A DNA stretch of 64,000 nucleotides, taken from contig VMGE01000007.1 in NCBI GenBank assembly GCA_007376395.1, positions 8,037 through 72,036 on the forward strand, written 5' to 3'. The notes under the pieces were generated by a model that made no database searches, was not told the origin of the DNA, and worked only from the letters and a program-made list of their open reading frames with translations. The DNA comes from Microgenomates group bacterium Gr01-1014_5. GTDB taxonomy: Bacteria; Patescibacteriota; Microgenomatia; UBA8517; UBA10165. The position numbers and the translations under genes were made by a program. The first letter of the stretch is position 1, and each line of letters begins with the position of its first letter. Of the stretch, positions 1 to 8,940 are shown piece after piece.

Positions 1-123
1 GGTAAACGTGACACGATAATAAAGTTCTTTCCGGGGAAAAAAATTCAAATCGAGGGAAAAAATCCTGTTAATTACGAAGAGTTTCTACAGGCTTATCCTG
101 ATTTCCCCTTGAAAGTTGGGTAA
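1..123 (+). CDS. fmt: 3' end of probable methionyl-tRNA formyltransferase (partial)
   Basis: Frame 1 reads GKRDTIIKFFPGKKIQIEGKNPVNYEEFLQAYPDFPLKVG*; IQIEGK-P---EEF resembles the Fmt C-terminus. Confidence 0.5.
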   Translation, partial: GKRDTIIKFFPGKKIQIEGKNPVNYEEFLQAYPDFPLKVG

Positions 124-424
124 CAACCATTTGTACTAATCTTGGATTTTCATTATTTATTCTTTTGAGATATGCTCGCTCTTCCGGAGTAGTTTCACCG
201 TTTTTAAAGTGTCCTAGTGCCCTTTCTATCTGAAAAACAACTCTTTCAAAGACCTCTTGCTCTCCCCCGGATTGCCTCCTTTCTGACCTTAACACTTTTT
301 TACTAACACCAAATATTCGTCTCTCCCCATCGGATATCCTGTGTGTTGTGGCTTGATTTGAGGAATGCTTAGGCCAAAAGCTTCCTTGCATTATCTGACG
401 GTAAGTCTCTGCCTTGCTTGACAT
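68..424 (-). CDS. hypothetical protein
   Basis: 118-aa ORF downstream of rpmB; no motif recognised. Confidence 0.45.
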   Translation of the reverse strand: MSSKAETYRQIMQGSFWPKHSSNQATTHRISDGERRIFGVSKKVLRSERRQSGGEQEVFERVVFQIERALGHFKNGETTPEERAYLKRINNENPRLVQMVVTQLSRGNQDKPVETLRN

Positions 425-445
425 AAAATGTTATTAGTACCAGAA

Positions 446-673
446 TTATATCTGGCTGACAGATGAAGCTTGAACTGAAATAATAGGTTTTTCACTTTTT
501 CTTAAAGCACGAAGACAATTAGAACAAAACTTAGCACGAACCTTTTTGCCTTTGACGCTAATCCAGTGGACATGTAAATTTGCCATAAATTTGCGGTGTG
601 TTCTAATTTTGGAATGCGAAACACGATTCCCTCGTTGGGCGCGTTTTTTGCAGTTGTGACAAACTAATGCCAT
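446..673 (-). CDS. rpmB: 50S ribosomal protein L28
   Basis: CxxC, GNRVSHSKIRTHRKFMANL, second CxxC. Confidence 0.92.
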   Translation of the reverse strand: MALVCHNCKKRAQRGNRVSHSKIRTHRKFMANLHVHWISVKGKKVRAKFCSNCLRALRKSEKPIISVQASSVSQI

Positions 674-695
674 TTCGGGTATAATTTTAACATAT

Positions 696-1373
696 ATGTT
701 CGATCTTAGCCAGCCGGCGTTTCTTTTCCAAATTATTGCATTTTTACTTGCTCTAACCTTCCACGAGTTTGCACACGCTCTTGCGGCAGACCGCTTAGGC
801 GACCCAACTCCACGGGTTCAGGGAAGATTAACCCTTAATCCAATTGCCCACATTGATCTTTTTGGAACGATTCTTCTACCGCTCTTTTTGCTTTTAACTC
901 GCGCACCGATTCTTTTTGGTTGGGCAAAGCCAGTAATGTTTGACCCTTATAATTTGGCAAATCCCAGACGGGACGCGGCCATAATCTCTTTTGCCGGACC
1001 TCTGGCCAACTTAATATTAGCCGCCGTGTCTGCTATTCTTTTGAACACTACTTTATTCTACGGCCTTGGTCAATTCCAGGAAGTTGGAGGCGGATTGCTT
1101 TCTGAATTCTTATACCAGTTTGTAATTCTTAATGTTGTTTTGGCAATCTTTAATCTTGTTCCGATTCACCCTCTTGACGGCGGAAAAATCCTGGTTGGGC
1201 TTTTGCCTGAAGATGTCGCGGATCAATGGGACAGGATTTTACGTCAATATGGGACTTTTATCCTCCTTTTTCTAATTTTTCCTATTTTTGGCGGACAAGC
1301 CATCGTCTGGAGTATAATTGGGCCGACAATTAGCTTCATTTTAGGCATGCTTCTGCCTGGCGGCTTAATTTAA
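696..1373 (+). CDS. site-2 protease (peptidase M50)
   Basis: HEFAH zinc motif, GDPTP, AGPLAN, NLVPIHPLDGG, several TM segments. Confidence 0.93.
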   Translation: MFDLSQPAFLFQIIAFLLALTFHEFAHALAADRLGDPTPRVQGRLTLNPIAHIDLFGTILLPLFLLLTRAPILFGWAKPVMFDPYNLANPRRDAAIISFAGPLANLILAAVSAILLNTTLFYGLGQFQEVGGGLLSEFLYQFVILNVVLAIFNLVPIHPLDGGKILVGLLPEDVADQWDRILRQYGTFILLFLIFPIFGGQAIVWSIIGPTISFILGMLLPGGLI

Positions 1374-1432
1374 CCCCGATCACGTCAAGGTTGACCCTTT
1401 TCACACTTGCTCCTGTGAGGTAGAATATAAAT

Positions 1433-1580
1433 GCCCTACCGATAGGATCAAAATCCGGAAAATTTTTCCTTACTAAGATTTTTCTCGGGAGGATAAGTTC
1501 TTTAAGCCCGTGGGTTTAGAGACAGTCCACCCACTTTAATGTGAGCGGGGAAAATCTTTCCGGAACCCTTTAGGTAGGGT
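1433..1580 (+). ncRNA. long-hairpin RNA, 6S RNA-like
   Basis: GCCCTACC/GGTAGGGT closing stem; nested TCCGGAAA/TTTCCGGA, AAGATTTTTCTCG/CGGGGAAAATCTT and GTGGGT/ACCCAC; TAGAAT at 1421; T-tract after. Confidence 0.55.
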
Positions 1581-1639
1581 TTTTTTATCTTACCAGCTTC
1601 AAATTACCTTCAATTCTTGGTATAATACAAATACGGGAA

Positions 1640-1710
1640 GCCCCCTTAGCTTAACGGCAGAGCAGTGGTTTTGTAAACCTCAGACATCAGTTCAATTCTG
1701 ATAGGGGGCT
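1640..1710 (+). tRNA. tRNA-Thr(TGT)
   Basis: GCCCCCT/AGGGGGC acceptor stem, TTTGTAA loop, TTCAATT T-loop; TGGTATAAT promoter upstream. Confidence 0.88.
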
Positions 1711-1752
1711 CCGAGCTTAGCTCGGATTCAGTCACGCTTAGCGTGACTCCAG

Positions 1753-1835
1753 GCTGGCGTACCCAAGTGGCCAACGGGGCTTGACTGTAAATCAAGTGGC
1801 AATTGCCTACGAAGGTTCGAACCCTTCCGCCAGCA
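1753..1835 (+). tRNA. tRNA-Tyr(GTA)
   Basis: GCTGGCG/CGCCAGC, CTTGA-CTGTAAA-TCAAG, long variable arm, GGTTCGAA. Confidence 0.93.
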
Positions 1836-1844
1836 CTTTTAAAC

Positions 1845-1916
1845 GCCTAGATGGCTCAGTGGTAGAGCACGTTCTTGGTAAGAACGGGGTCGCGGGTTCG
1901 ATTCCCGCTCTAGGCT
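1845..1916 (+). tRNA. tRNA-Thr(GGT)
   Basis: GCCTAGA/TCTAGGC, CGTTC-TTGGTAA-GAACG, GGTTCGATT. Confidence 0.95.
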
Positions 1917-1940
1917 CAAATTTGCTATAATAAAATACTT

Positions 1941-2186
1941 ATGCCTGCCAAAAATAAAACTCGTATTACAAAAATCCGCTTCTTAAAAAGATTAAGAGAC
2001 TCCCATAATTCTCCTATCCACAAGCTCTTTGCGCTAATTGCTCTCATAGTTGTTTGGTGGGGTATTTGGACAATCCTTGATATTTTCTTCCTCGATAACC
2101 AACGTTTATTAAGTGCAATAATAGCAATAGCGATTGCATTGGTTTTTCTCTTGTTGGACGACTTCCACCTCAAAGAATTGGAATAA
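1941..2186 (+). CDS. small two-TM membrane protein
   Basis: Two hydrophobic helices, WWGIW; TATAAT just upstream. Confidence 0.7.
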   Translation: MPAKNKTRITKIRFLKRLRDSHNSPIHKLFALIALIVVWWGIWTILDIFFLDNQRLLSAIIAIAIALVFLLLDDFHLKELE

Positions 2187-2224
2187 ACTTCTCTTTGAAG
2201 CTCGTTTTTGTTATACTACTAAAC

Positions 2225-2398
2225 ATGGCTAAAAAAGGTGCAAGACAATTAATCGGTCTTATTTGTGCTGAGTGTAAATCTCAAAATTATGTTTCCGAAA
2301 AAAACAAGACTAATACCGTCGGAAAATTAGCTTTCTCAAAATATTGCAAAAGGTGCCGCAAGCATACGAAACACAACGAAACACTAAAATTAAAATAG
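2225..2398 (+). CDS. rpmG: 50S ribosomal protein L33
   Basis: MAKKGAR, CxxC, NY..KN, KYCxxC; start set to ATG 2225. Confidence 0.95.
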   Translation: MAKKGARQLIGLICAECKSQNYVSEKNKTNTVGKLAFSKYCKRCRKHTKHNETLKLK

Positions 2399-2412
2399 TC
2401 ACTTGTTTTCAC

Positions 2413-2438
2413 TGTACAATATATTAATATATCGTACA
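2413..2438. repeat. 26-bp palindrome copy 1 (one mismatch), directly before the TrpR-like ORF
   Basis: TGTACAATATATTAATATATCGTACA. Confidence 0.9.
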
Positions 2439-2440
2439 TC

Positions 2441-2848
2441 ATGCCTCATTTATCAAAACGAAAACTAAATCCACAAGTAGAAATTGAACTCATTGACTCA
2501 CTTGAATATATCCTGTCGCACTCTAAGCCCGACGAATTGAAGAAGATCCTCTCCTCGCTCTTATCCAAGACAGAAAGATTAATGATGGCAAAAAGACTCG
2601 GAGTAGTATTGATGATTCAGGAGCAAGTATCTGCAACAGAAATTGATAATATTCTCAAAGTAACAAGGTCAACAATAGAAAAGATTGAAATGAAGTTGGA
2701 GACAAAGTTGGACGGATTTCTGATCGCTCTTAAAAAACTTGGGCAGAGAAAAACTGAAATTAAACTCAAAACCCTTCTTTTGGGTTTGACAAAATATGCT
2801 GTCGAATCTGCTTTGGGAAAAACCCCGACAAAATTACCAGGAACCTGA
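2441..2848 (+). CDS. TrpR/YerC-YecD-like HTH protein
   Basis: LLSKTERLMMAKRL followed by EI..ILKVTRSTI helix-turn-helix. Confidence 0.85.
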   Translation: MPHLSKRKLNPQVEIELIDSLEYILSHSKPDELKKILSSLLSKTERLMMAKRLGVVLMIQEQVSATEIDNILKVTRSTIEKIEMKLETKLDGFLIALKKLGQRKTEIKLKTLLLGLTKYAVESALGKTPTKLPGT

Positions 2849-2856
2849 GCCCGTTG

Positions 2857-2882
2857 TGTACGATATATTAATATATCGTACA
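2857..2882. repeat. 26-bp perfect palindrome copy 2
   Basis: TGTACGATATATTAATATATCGTACA. Confidence 0.95.
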
Positions 2883-2922
2883 TTAGAAATTGGGTTCATT
2901 TTCAGGTATAATAGAAGCGTTC

Positions 2923-2993
2923 AGGGATGTCGTTCAGTGGTAGGACACCGGTCTCCAAAACCGGTAACGAGTGTTCGATTCACTCCACCCCTG
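2923..2993 (+). tRNA. tRNA-Trp(CCA), probable integration target
   Basis: CCGGT-CTCCAAA-ACCGG, GTTCGATTC; acceptor AGGGATG/CACCCCT with one mismatch. Confidence 0.92.
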
Positions 2994-4454
2994 CAAGTCC
3001 GAACGCACTTCGGGTTGAAGTAGTATATCGAAGGGCTTTCTGAAGCTAAACTCCAAGTTTTTATCCCTCAAAAGTAGGTTCCAACCGACACTTCTTATCA
3101 AATCTCGTTTTTTCTCATTATTCCCCTTCTCCATAATCTCTCGTGCCTGAAAAGCCGTTTCAAAGAAATTTTCAGCACGTTCCAACCAAGAATCTAAAGT
3201 TCCTTCTCTGTCGTTTGTCTTTTCTTCCAACTCCATTTTTTCTTCTATAAGTTTTTTCTTGTTATCAGCGTATTCTTCTTCTGTGATTCTTTCGTCTAGC
3301 CTCATATTTAGTAAAACTCCCAGTCTCTTGTCAACCTTAGTCTTTTGCTCTTCTAAACGCTTCCTTGTACTAATACTTTCTTCAATTTCTTGACCGTGTT
3401 TTGCTTTTAAAAGCTCTACGCCAAGTTCCCAAACTTCCTTATCAATCGTTATTCGAGACAAATTATTAAATAGCATTCCTTCTAACTCTTGTTCAGTTAC
3501 TCCAGGCTCTTTACAAACTCCCCTTCGCCTGGTGCAACGATAATAAGTGTAGCTTGCGTCTCTATTAGTTCGAGCGTAATGTTTTTCCTTTGTCTCTGCG
3601 GTTATGTAGCACCCACAGGGACACTTTATTAAGCCTTTGTAGGCATGAATCCAACTTTGCTTTCTAGGCACGCCTTTGCCCTTTAAAACAAGCTGAACTT
3701 GGTCAAATAATTCCTTACTTATCAATGGCTCATAACTTCCTTGGTGAAACTCGCCTCCGTGTTGAAATAAACCATAATACAAAGGTCTGGTTAACAATTT
3801 ATACATTGCGCTTTTAGGAATATTTATACCTGTTTTAGTTTTCAAACCCCATTCAACCGATTTTCTACATATCTCTAAAACCGAGGAGTTACCTTTTGCG
3901 TATTCTTCAAACAATCTTTTCACCAAAGAAGCAGTTTCAGGGTTAGGGGCAATATTTCTTGAATTTCCAGCTTTTACGTTTATATATCCCAAAGGTGAAG
4001 CTCCAACATATTCGCCTCTTGCACATTTCTGCCTATTCCCTCTTTTAACATTTGCACTAATTTGTCTTGAAAGGTCGTTTGACATTCCAAAATGCAAATA
4101 AAGCATTACCCTGTTGTCTTCCTGTTTAAATAATTCATAAGGGGTTCTTATTTCTTTTAAGAAGCCGTCATCAATTGCTTGTATAACTCTACCACCGTCT
4201 CTTGCGTTCCTTGCAAGCCTATCAACTTTCCAACACAAAATGCCGTCTGCAAGTTTCTGCTCATACATTACCATTAGCTTTTCAAATATAGGCCTGCCTG
4301 GTTTATATGCGCTCTGCGATTCTTCTAAAATGTCTATTACGCTTAAATTGTTTCTTTGAGCATATTCTTGTAACTCCCTCTTTTGTGCCTCAATTGAGAG
4401 TGCCTGACGGTCTTCACTTTCACTACTCTTGCGACAATAAATTATGTATCTCAT
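2934..4454 (-). CDS. large serine recombinase (integrase)
   Basis: YCRKSS catalytic Ser, DRLARN, recombinase domain, CPCG...YYRC zinc ribbon, coiled coil; C-terminus reads antisense through tRNA-Trp. Confidence 0.95.
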   Translation of the reverse strand: MRYIIYCRKSSESEDRQALSIEAQKRELQEYAQRNNLSVIDILEESQSAYKPGRPIFEKLMVMYEQKLADGILCWKVDRLARNARDGGRVIQAIDDGFLKEIRTPYELFKQEDNRVMLYLHFGMSNDLSRQISANVKRGNRQKCARGEYVGASPLGYINVKAGNSRNIAPNPETASLVKRLFEEYAKGNSSVLEICRKSVEWGLKTKTGINIPKSAMYKLLTRPLYYGLFQHGGEFHQGSYEPLISKELFDQVQLVLKGKGVPRKQSWIHAYKGLIKCPCGCYITAETKEKHYARTNRDASYTYYRCTRRRGVCKEPGVTEQELEGMLFNNLSRITIDKEVWELGVELLKAKHGQEIEESISTRKRLEEQKTKVDKRLGVLLNMRLDERITEEEYADNKKKLIEEKMELEEKTNDREGTLDSWLERAENFFETAFQAREIMEKGNNEKKRDLIRSVGWNLLLRDKNLEFSFRKPFDILLQPEVRSDLQGWSESNTRYRFWRPVSYH

Positions 4455-4457
4455 AAA

Positions 4458-4616
4458 CTAATTGTATTCCTTTTTTACAACAGTCTCCATAAATGCTAGC
4501 AAATTTTGCATTATCTCTTCTGCTTCTTGGTTAGATATCTCTCGACCGTATTTTTTACCAAAAACTAGTTTGGTTTTATTTATCAACGCTGTTTGTTTAT
4601 AAGATGAATTTATCAT
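4458..4616 (-). CDS. 52-aa protein upstream of the recombinase (possible directionality factor)
   Basis: MINSSYKQTALINKTKLVFGKKYGREISNQEAEEIMQNLLAFMETVVKKEYN; ATGA-coupled to the upstream ORF; absent from the ORF track. Confidence 0.65.
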   Translation of the reverse strand: MINSSYKQTALINKTKLVFGKKYGREISNQEAEEIMQNLLAFMETVVKKEYN

Positions 4617-5101
4617 TCCATGTTTTGGTGTTTGTGAATACCATTGGTACTTCTAAAAGATTTTCTCTTCTTTCGAAACCTGAGATCGTAAGTGAAATAT
4701 GCTGAAGGGTTAGTTCGTATTGCTCCACGTAAGTATTCTTTTTCTGTCTGTAGAAATGCCCAATTTAAAGCTCTTGGCGTATAAGTCTGAGCAATCCATA
4801 ACCAATGCCCATCTTTGCTAGCCCAAGGTTTAAAAAGTTCTTCTAAGAATGCGGAGACTTGGATTGGCGGGGTATCTGATGTACATTGTTTTAATAGGGA
4901 AATAACTTTGGATTTATCCCAACTTAACTCTGAATTAACTCCGTTTTTATAGGCACCATTAACACTTCCATTAACACTAACACTTCCCCATTCCTTCTCT
5001 GATTCTTCTTTTATGTTTTCCCATATCCATTGTTGGTCATCTAAAGATAACGCAGACGATTCGCAAAACCATTGAGGTCTGTTATTATTTTTCGGTTCCA
5101 T
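4613..5101 (-). CDS. hypothetical element protein, possibly replication-related
   Basis: C-terminal IRTNPSAYF recalls replication-initiator C-termini; weak. Confidence 0.55.
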   Translation of the reverse strand: MEPKNNNRPQWFCESSALSLDDQQWIWENIKEESEKEWGSVSVNGSVNGAYKNGVNSELSWDKSKVISLLKQCTSDTPPIQVSAFLEELFKPWASKDGHWLWIAQTYTPRALNWAFLQTEKEYLRGAIRTNPSAYFTYDLRFRKKRKSFRSTNGIHKHQNME

Positions 5102-5261
5102 AAGTTCTGTTTAAAGCTTCCTCTACTAGGCTTTTAAGACTTTTTTTGGAGCTTGCACGAAGCAGTTGAAGCACTTTCCACCACCCGGTATCGATTCGAA
5201 CCTGGAATGACATTTTTTTGTCGACATTCTCTTTGTTCTCATGCATCTTTTTGTTAGTCAT
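5085..5261 (-). CDS. ribbon-helix-helix-like DNA-binding protein (58 aa)
   Basis: MSFQVRIDTGWWKVLQLLRASSKKSLKSLVEEAL fits strand-helix-helix; absent from the ORF track. Confidence 0.6.
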   Translation of the reverse strand: MTNKKMHENKENVDKKMSFQVRIDTGWWKVLQLLRASSKKSLKSLVEEALNRTYGTEK

Positions 5262-5277
5262 TATTATTTTTTAGGCA

Positions 5278-5373
5278 CAAAAAAACCGCCTGCATTTCTT
5301 TGCAGCCGGTTCTCGCTTACAAGGCTAAACTCTGACTAACTCGTATTGTAACACAAAGTCGATTTGTCTACAA
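5278..5373 (-). promoter_or_regulatory. promoter and structured leader with terminator-like end
   Basis: Minus strand TTGTAG-17-TACAAT, then AACCGGCTGCAAAGAAATGCAGGCGGTT plus T-tract. Confidence 0.55.
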
Positions 5374-5420
5374 TAAAATAATCGCATGTAGTTTTCAATT
5401 CGGGACTCCAAGGAATATAA

Positions 5421-6248
5421 TTGCTCATGTCCAAGAAAAAGTTATCATCAGAATCTCAAGAAAATAAATTTACCCTTGCTTCTGTATTTAATTCAATTAA
5501 ATACCTGTTTATTTTAATTCTTTTAATCCTTATTGGTTTTGTAAGTTCAGATATAATTAACAAAGAAAAGTCGCAACAAAACCAGTCATCATCGGTGACA
5601 ACAACTGCACCAATAGGTATTGTTTCGCCATCTCTAGAACCTACCTCTCAAATAGACTCCCCCTCAAATAAAATTACAAAAAAGGAAGCCGATCCTATTG
5701 TGAATTGCGGACCAGGATCAACATCGAAACAATATGTTAAAGACAGAAGTAGTAATTGTCCTAATTATGTAGATTGCGGTTTAAATAATAATTCTGTTTA
5801 CACCATGATGCTTAAAACTGAGTGTGCAAAAAAGCATGCTGAAGAAAATTCAGCAAAACAACCTTCTCGCACCGCATCTAATCTTGTTACTTGTGTTGGG
5901 AGTGGTGGAAAAGTTTATAAGTTACCACCTGAATACTGTGATAGAGTTGTTCAACTAAGATTATTGGTGGAACAATCTAAGATTTCTACTCAACAGTCAA
6001 TAGATAATTTAAAAAGGATTGTTGAAGACGGTCAAGCAGCCAACCAGCGCATGCTAGACGAAGTAAAATCTTATCCTACCCCAACTCCTCTACCTAATAA
6101 TTTGTTTGGGGATTGGAAACCCACACCGTTTGAGCCCCCAAAACAGAAATGCTATACAACCTGGGAAGAATACTGTATAGCGCATCCAACTGCCTGTAAT
6201 GCCCCAATATATGGAGATGTTACTTTGGGCTCTCCACCTTGTGATTAA
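5421..6248 (+). CDS. membrane-anchored Cys-rich hypothetical protein
   Basis: N-terminal TM, S/T/P linker, paired Cys. Confidence 0.7.
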   Translation: MLMSKKKLSSESQENKFTLASVFNSIKYLFILILLILIGFVSSDIINKEKSQQNQSSSVTTTAPIGIVSPSLEPTSQIDSPSNKITKKEADPIVNCGPGSTSKQYVKDRSSNCPNYVDCGLNNNSVYTMMLKTECAKKHAEENSAKQPSRTASNLVTCVGSGGKVYKLPPEYCDRVVQLRLLVEQSKISTQQSIDNLKRIVEDGQAANQRMLDEVKSYPTPTPLPNNLFGDWKPTPFEPPKQKCYTTWEEYCIAHPTACNAPIYGDVTLGSPPCD

Positions 6249-6257
6249 ATAAGTTTC

Positions 6258-6536
6258 TTATAATCCCTTTCCGTGAAGGCAATAATCATAATGGATTTTC
6301 ATTTTATCCCTAATGGTCTCACCAACATCACCATCGATAAAACCATCATTAATCACATCCCCTGTTCTGTCAGGATCGGCATCAGCCTTTTGAAAAGATT
6401 CTGAATAGAATTGACCTGTGCTTTTGGTGCAATCCTGTTTAGCCCAAGAAGGTCGAAGTTGAAACCAATAAAACAATCCAGCAACCAGAAACAAAATAAT
6501 TATTAAATACCTATGTTTAATTAGGATTTTCTGCAC
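6258..6536 (-). CDS. small membrane-anchored protein
   Basis: TM ending FYWFQLRP, then C...YDYCLHGKGL. Confidence 0.65.
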   Translation of the reverse strand: MQKILIKHRYLIIILFLVAGLFYWFQLRPSWAKQDCTKSTGQFYSESFQKADADPDRTGDVINDGFIDGDVGETIRDKMKIHYDYCLHGKGL

Positions 6537-6555
6537 TGACTAAATTATATAATAT

Positions 6556-6924
6556 TTATACATTTGTTTTACTAATCTTTTCTTCTATTTCATCTAACCT
6601 TTTAACAACATTTGATGCGTCATAAGCATCTAACCAGCACCTTGTTAAAAATCCCATGGAGCTTCCCACAGGCACGGGCACACCTTCAGACCAAACGGCA
6701 TTAATCACTTTACCTAAGAACCTTTTAACATCTTCTGGTGTCTCTAGCTTAATAGTTGATCCGTAGAAGCCCTGTAAAGCTCTATTGCGACCACCTTTAA
6801 TGCTAGCTACCATTTTAGCTTCATTGTTTGCAGGATCATGCCTGAAACAATAATCCTTACCTCTTTGTGTATGGGCTTTGCAAGGGTTACTGTTAGATAG
6901 AGTTTGTTTGCAACTTGTTGGCAT
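6556..6924 (-). CDS. HGGxSTG-like / small-terminase-like protein
   Basis: C-x9-C...YCFRH...KGGR zinc-finger-like N-terminus, helical C-terminus. Confidence 0.55.
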   Translation of the reverse strand: MPTSCKQTLSNSNPCKAHTQRGKDYCFRHDPANNEAKMVASIKGGRNRALQGFYGSTIKLETPEDVKRFLGKVINAVWSEGVPVPVGSSMGFLTRCWLDAYDASNVVKRLDEIEEKISKTNV

Positions 6925-6927
6925 GAG

Positions 6928-7239
6928 TTATTTAGTTGACCGCATGCCTAGTATTGGAGGCTGCAACCCTGTTTTTCTAGTAATTTCCAGTAATTCTGGT
7001 ATTTCCTGCTCCTCTAAAATTGGTACACTTGTGCAATTCAAACCAGTCATAAATCTAATTACATTAGATGTCTTACATTCTGCACAAATTCCATGTTGGT
7101 ATTTTTTGCATTTACCCAGTTTATGCTCCTCTGTACACATACAAGGATCTTCACCGCAAAAGCAAAACCACATAACCTCATCCTTATTTATAATGCTAAC
7201 TTTCTTTTCAATATTTCTTAACCTAGTTGATGTATTCAT
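6928..7239 (-). CDS. Cys-rich hypothetical protein
   Basis: CFC, CMC and CAEC motifs; co-oriented with the next ORF. Confidence 0.55.
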   Translation of the reverse strand: MNTSTRLRNIEKKVSIINKDEVMWFCFCGEDPCMCTEEHKLGKCKKYQHGICAECKTSNVIRFMTGLNCTSVPILEEQEIPELLEITRKTGLQPPILGMRSTK

Positions 7240-7379
7240 AACTTAGTTGTAGGGGGTACCCAGATTTCCACCATTTTCCAACAATTTTGAAGCTACAAGT
7301 TTTTGTCTGATAGTTGGCAATTCAGATATTATCTCATAAGCATCAATGTTATAATTTGCCTTTGTCAGTATGAGCAGTT

Positions 7380-8129
7380 TTGTATATGAATTTTGACACA
7401 ACATTAGATTATAATTTCCAAAAATACCCGTGGTTTTCCCCACATCTTGTTGTGATAGCAACTAATAGGCTGGCTAAATTATACGGGAGCAACATTGAAA
7501 ACAAGCGAGAGTTCAAACTTGCCAGAGAAATGTTTATCGGAGCAGTTGCACTATTGGGTGCCTATGAATTACATATCGACAACAAATACATTATGCAGCC
7601 AAATTTACAAAGTGCTTCGCCTGATGTAGTTGCAGTTAAACAAACAGAAGCTCCTCCTTCACCTTTGTTATTAGAGGTAACCCAATTGGAAATAGTAGAT
7701 ATGAACGACTATTCGGATGTTTCAGATGTCGTCGAATTTTTAAAAAAGACAAAACTTTCTAAAAAAAAGAGTTATGACAACAAAACACTAATCGTTTGCG
7801 TGATAAATAAGCGAATACAAATAAATAGATTGAAAATTTCCGAAGAATTAGAGAAAGTTAAGCCTAAATCAACCATCTACGTTTTAGGCAAGATTCGAGG
7901 AGATAATGATAAATGGGCAATCTTTTCCCCATATCCTGACCCAACGAAGTTTGCAATTTACAGCGTCTCAGAAACAATGAAGAAATATAATATACCCACC
8001 CCTTTGAGGTTGCATAAAGGTACAGCAAGGAAAATATCTTACGAAAAAACTCATCCAGAGGTAACCACAATCTACGACATATTTAACCTTAAAGAGTCAG
8101 ACCTGGAAAAATATCGGAGAACCAGCTAG
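7380..8129 (+). CDS. hypothetical protein, possible PD-(D/E)xK fold
   Basis: SPDVVAV...QLEIV spacing. Confidence 0.6.
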   Translation: MYMNFDTTLDYNFQKYPWFSPHLVVIATNRLAKLYGSNIENKREFKLAREMFIGAVALLGAYELHIDNKYIMQPNLQSASPDVVAVKQTEAPPSPLLLEVTQLEIVDMNDYSDVSDVVEFLKKTKLSKKKSYDNKTLIVCVINKRIQINRLKISEELEKVKPKSTIYVLGKIRGDNDKWAIFSPYPDPTKFAIYSVSETMKKYNIPTPLRLHKGTARKISYEKTHPEVTTIYDIFNLKESDLEKYRRTS

Positions 8130-8175
8130 TGAATTTATATAATGTTAACTAGCATAAAACACACTGTTTGCCCGA

Positions 8176-8209
8176 TAATAAGTTCCAACACTGTATACTA
8201 AGGCCTGCT
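8176..8209 (+). repeat. 34-bp att-like repeat R1
   Basis: TAATAAGTTCCAACACTGTATACTAAGGCCTGCT. Confidence 0.75.
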
Positions 8210-8252
8210 AACGTAGTTAATGTACTCTACAAGTCCATGGTAAAATTGTTCT

Positions 8253-8861
8253 ATGCCTGAAGTCCCCGATTCTCTTGATTCTGCAGAAATGGCTAGGTCA
8301 TTTGCAGAAAGAATTTTCTCTAAATATCCCAACACGACTGAGTCTCTCAAATGGTTAAAGGAAAATGGGGCAGAATTTATAACCCGGGTTGTAGACTTTA
8401 ACGCTGTTGTCGCCAAATTAAATGAGGTTATTGAAAATCCCAGTTCGGTAAATGAGCAGTATAGGGGTGAGATTGACCAATTGGTTAGTGTTGCGGGTGG
8501 ACATATCCCCATGCTTCAAGAAGCTGAATTTGAAACCAATGAAAAATTTCGTCATTCTCCTGCTCTTAAAGCCTTCTTCCAAGGCAAAAGGGAGTTTGGA
8601 TGGGCTGATGAAGAATACGACCCTAATAGACCTGCCAGATCAGCAATGGGTATATTTCTAGAGGGATACGGGAGATACGTTGGCCTGCGACTAACAAAGG
8701 AGCCTGAACAGGTTGCAAAAATCCAAAAAGCGTTCGTTTATGCATTTGAAGCTGTTCTTTTAGCAGAACATCCAAATTCTGAACTACTTGGAGATATCAG
8801 AGAATGGATCAAGGGAGATGCCGACAAGTTTTCTGAACCCATCCGCCAGTTATTGAAATAG
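8253..8861 (+). CDS. hypothetical protein (cassette between R1 and R2)
   Basis: 202-aa ORF with own TGGTAAAAT; stop codon lies inside R2. Confidence 0.75.
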   Translation: MPEVPDSLDSAEMARSFAERIFSKYPNTTESLKWLKENGAEFITRVVDFNAVVAKLNEVIENPSSVNEQYRGEIDQLVSVAGGHIPMLQEAEFETNEKFRHSPALKAFFQGKREFGWADEEYDPNRPARSAMGIFLEGYGRYVGLRLTKEPEQVAKIQKAFVYAFEAVLLAEHPNSELLGDIREWIKGDADKFSEPIRQLLK

Positions 8862-8889
8862 ATTCCAACATAGTTTACCAGGACCTGCT
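8856..8889 (+). repeat. 34-bp att-like repeat R2
   Basis: AAATAGATTCCAACATAGTTTACCAGGACCTGCT. Confidence 0.75.
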
Positions 8890-8940
8890 TTTCTGCCCTA
8901 TAGTTGACATACCTTCTTTTTAATGTTAGTATTTTCCAAT

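Larger units (their letters stand above)
2990..8209. mobile_element. small integrative element at the tRNA-Trp 3' end
   Basis: Recombinase abuts the tRNA; small phage-like ORFs; CCTGC core at 2990-2994 and at 8204-8208. Confidence 0.7.
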
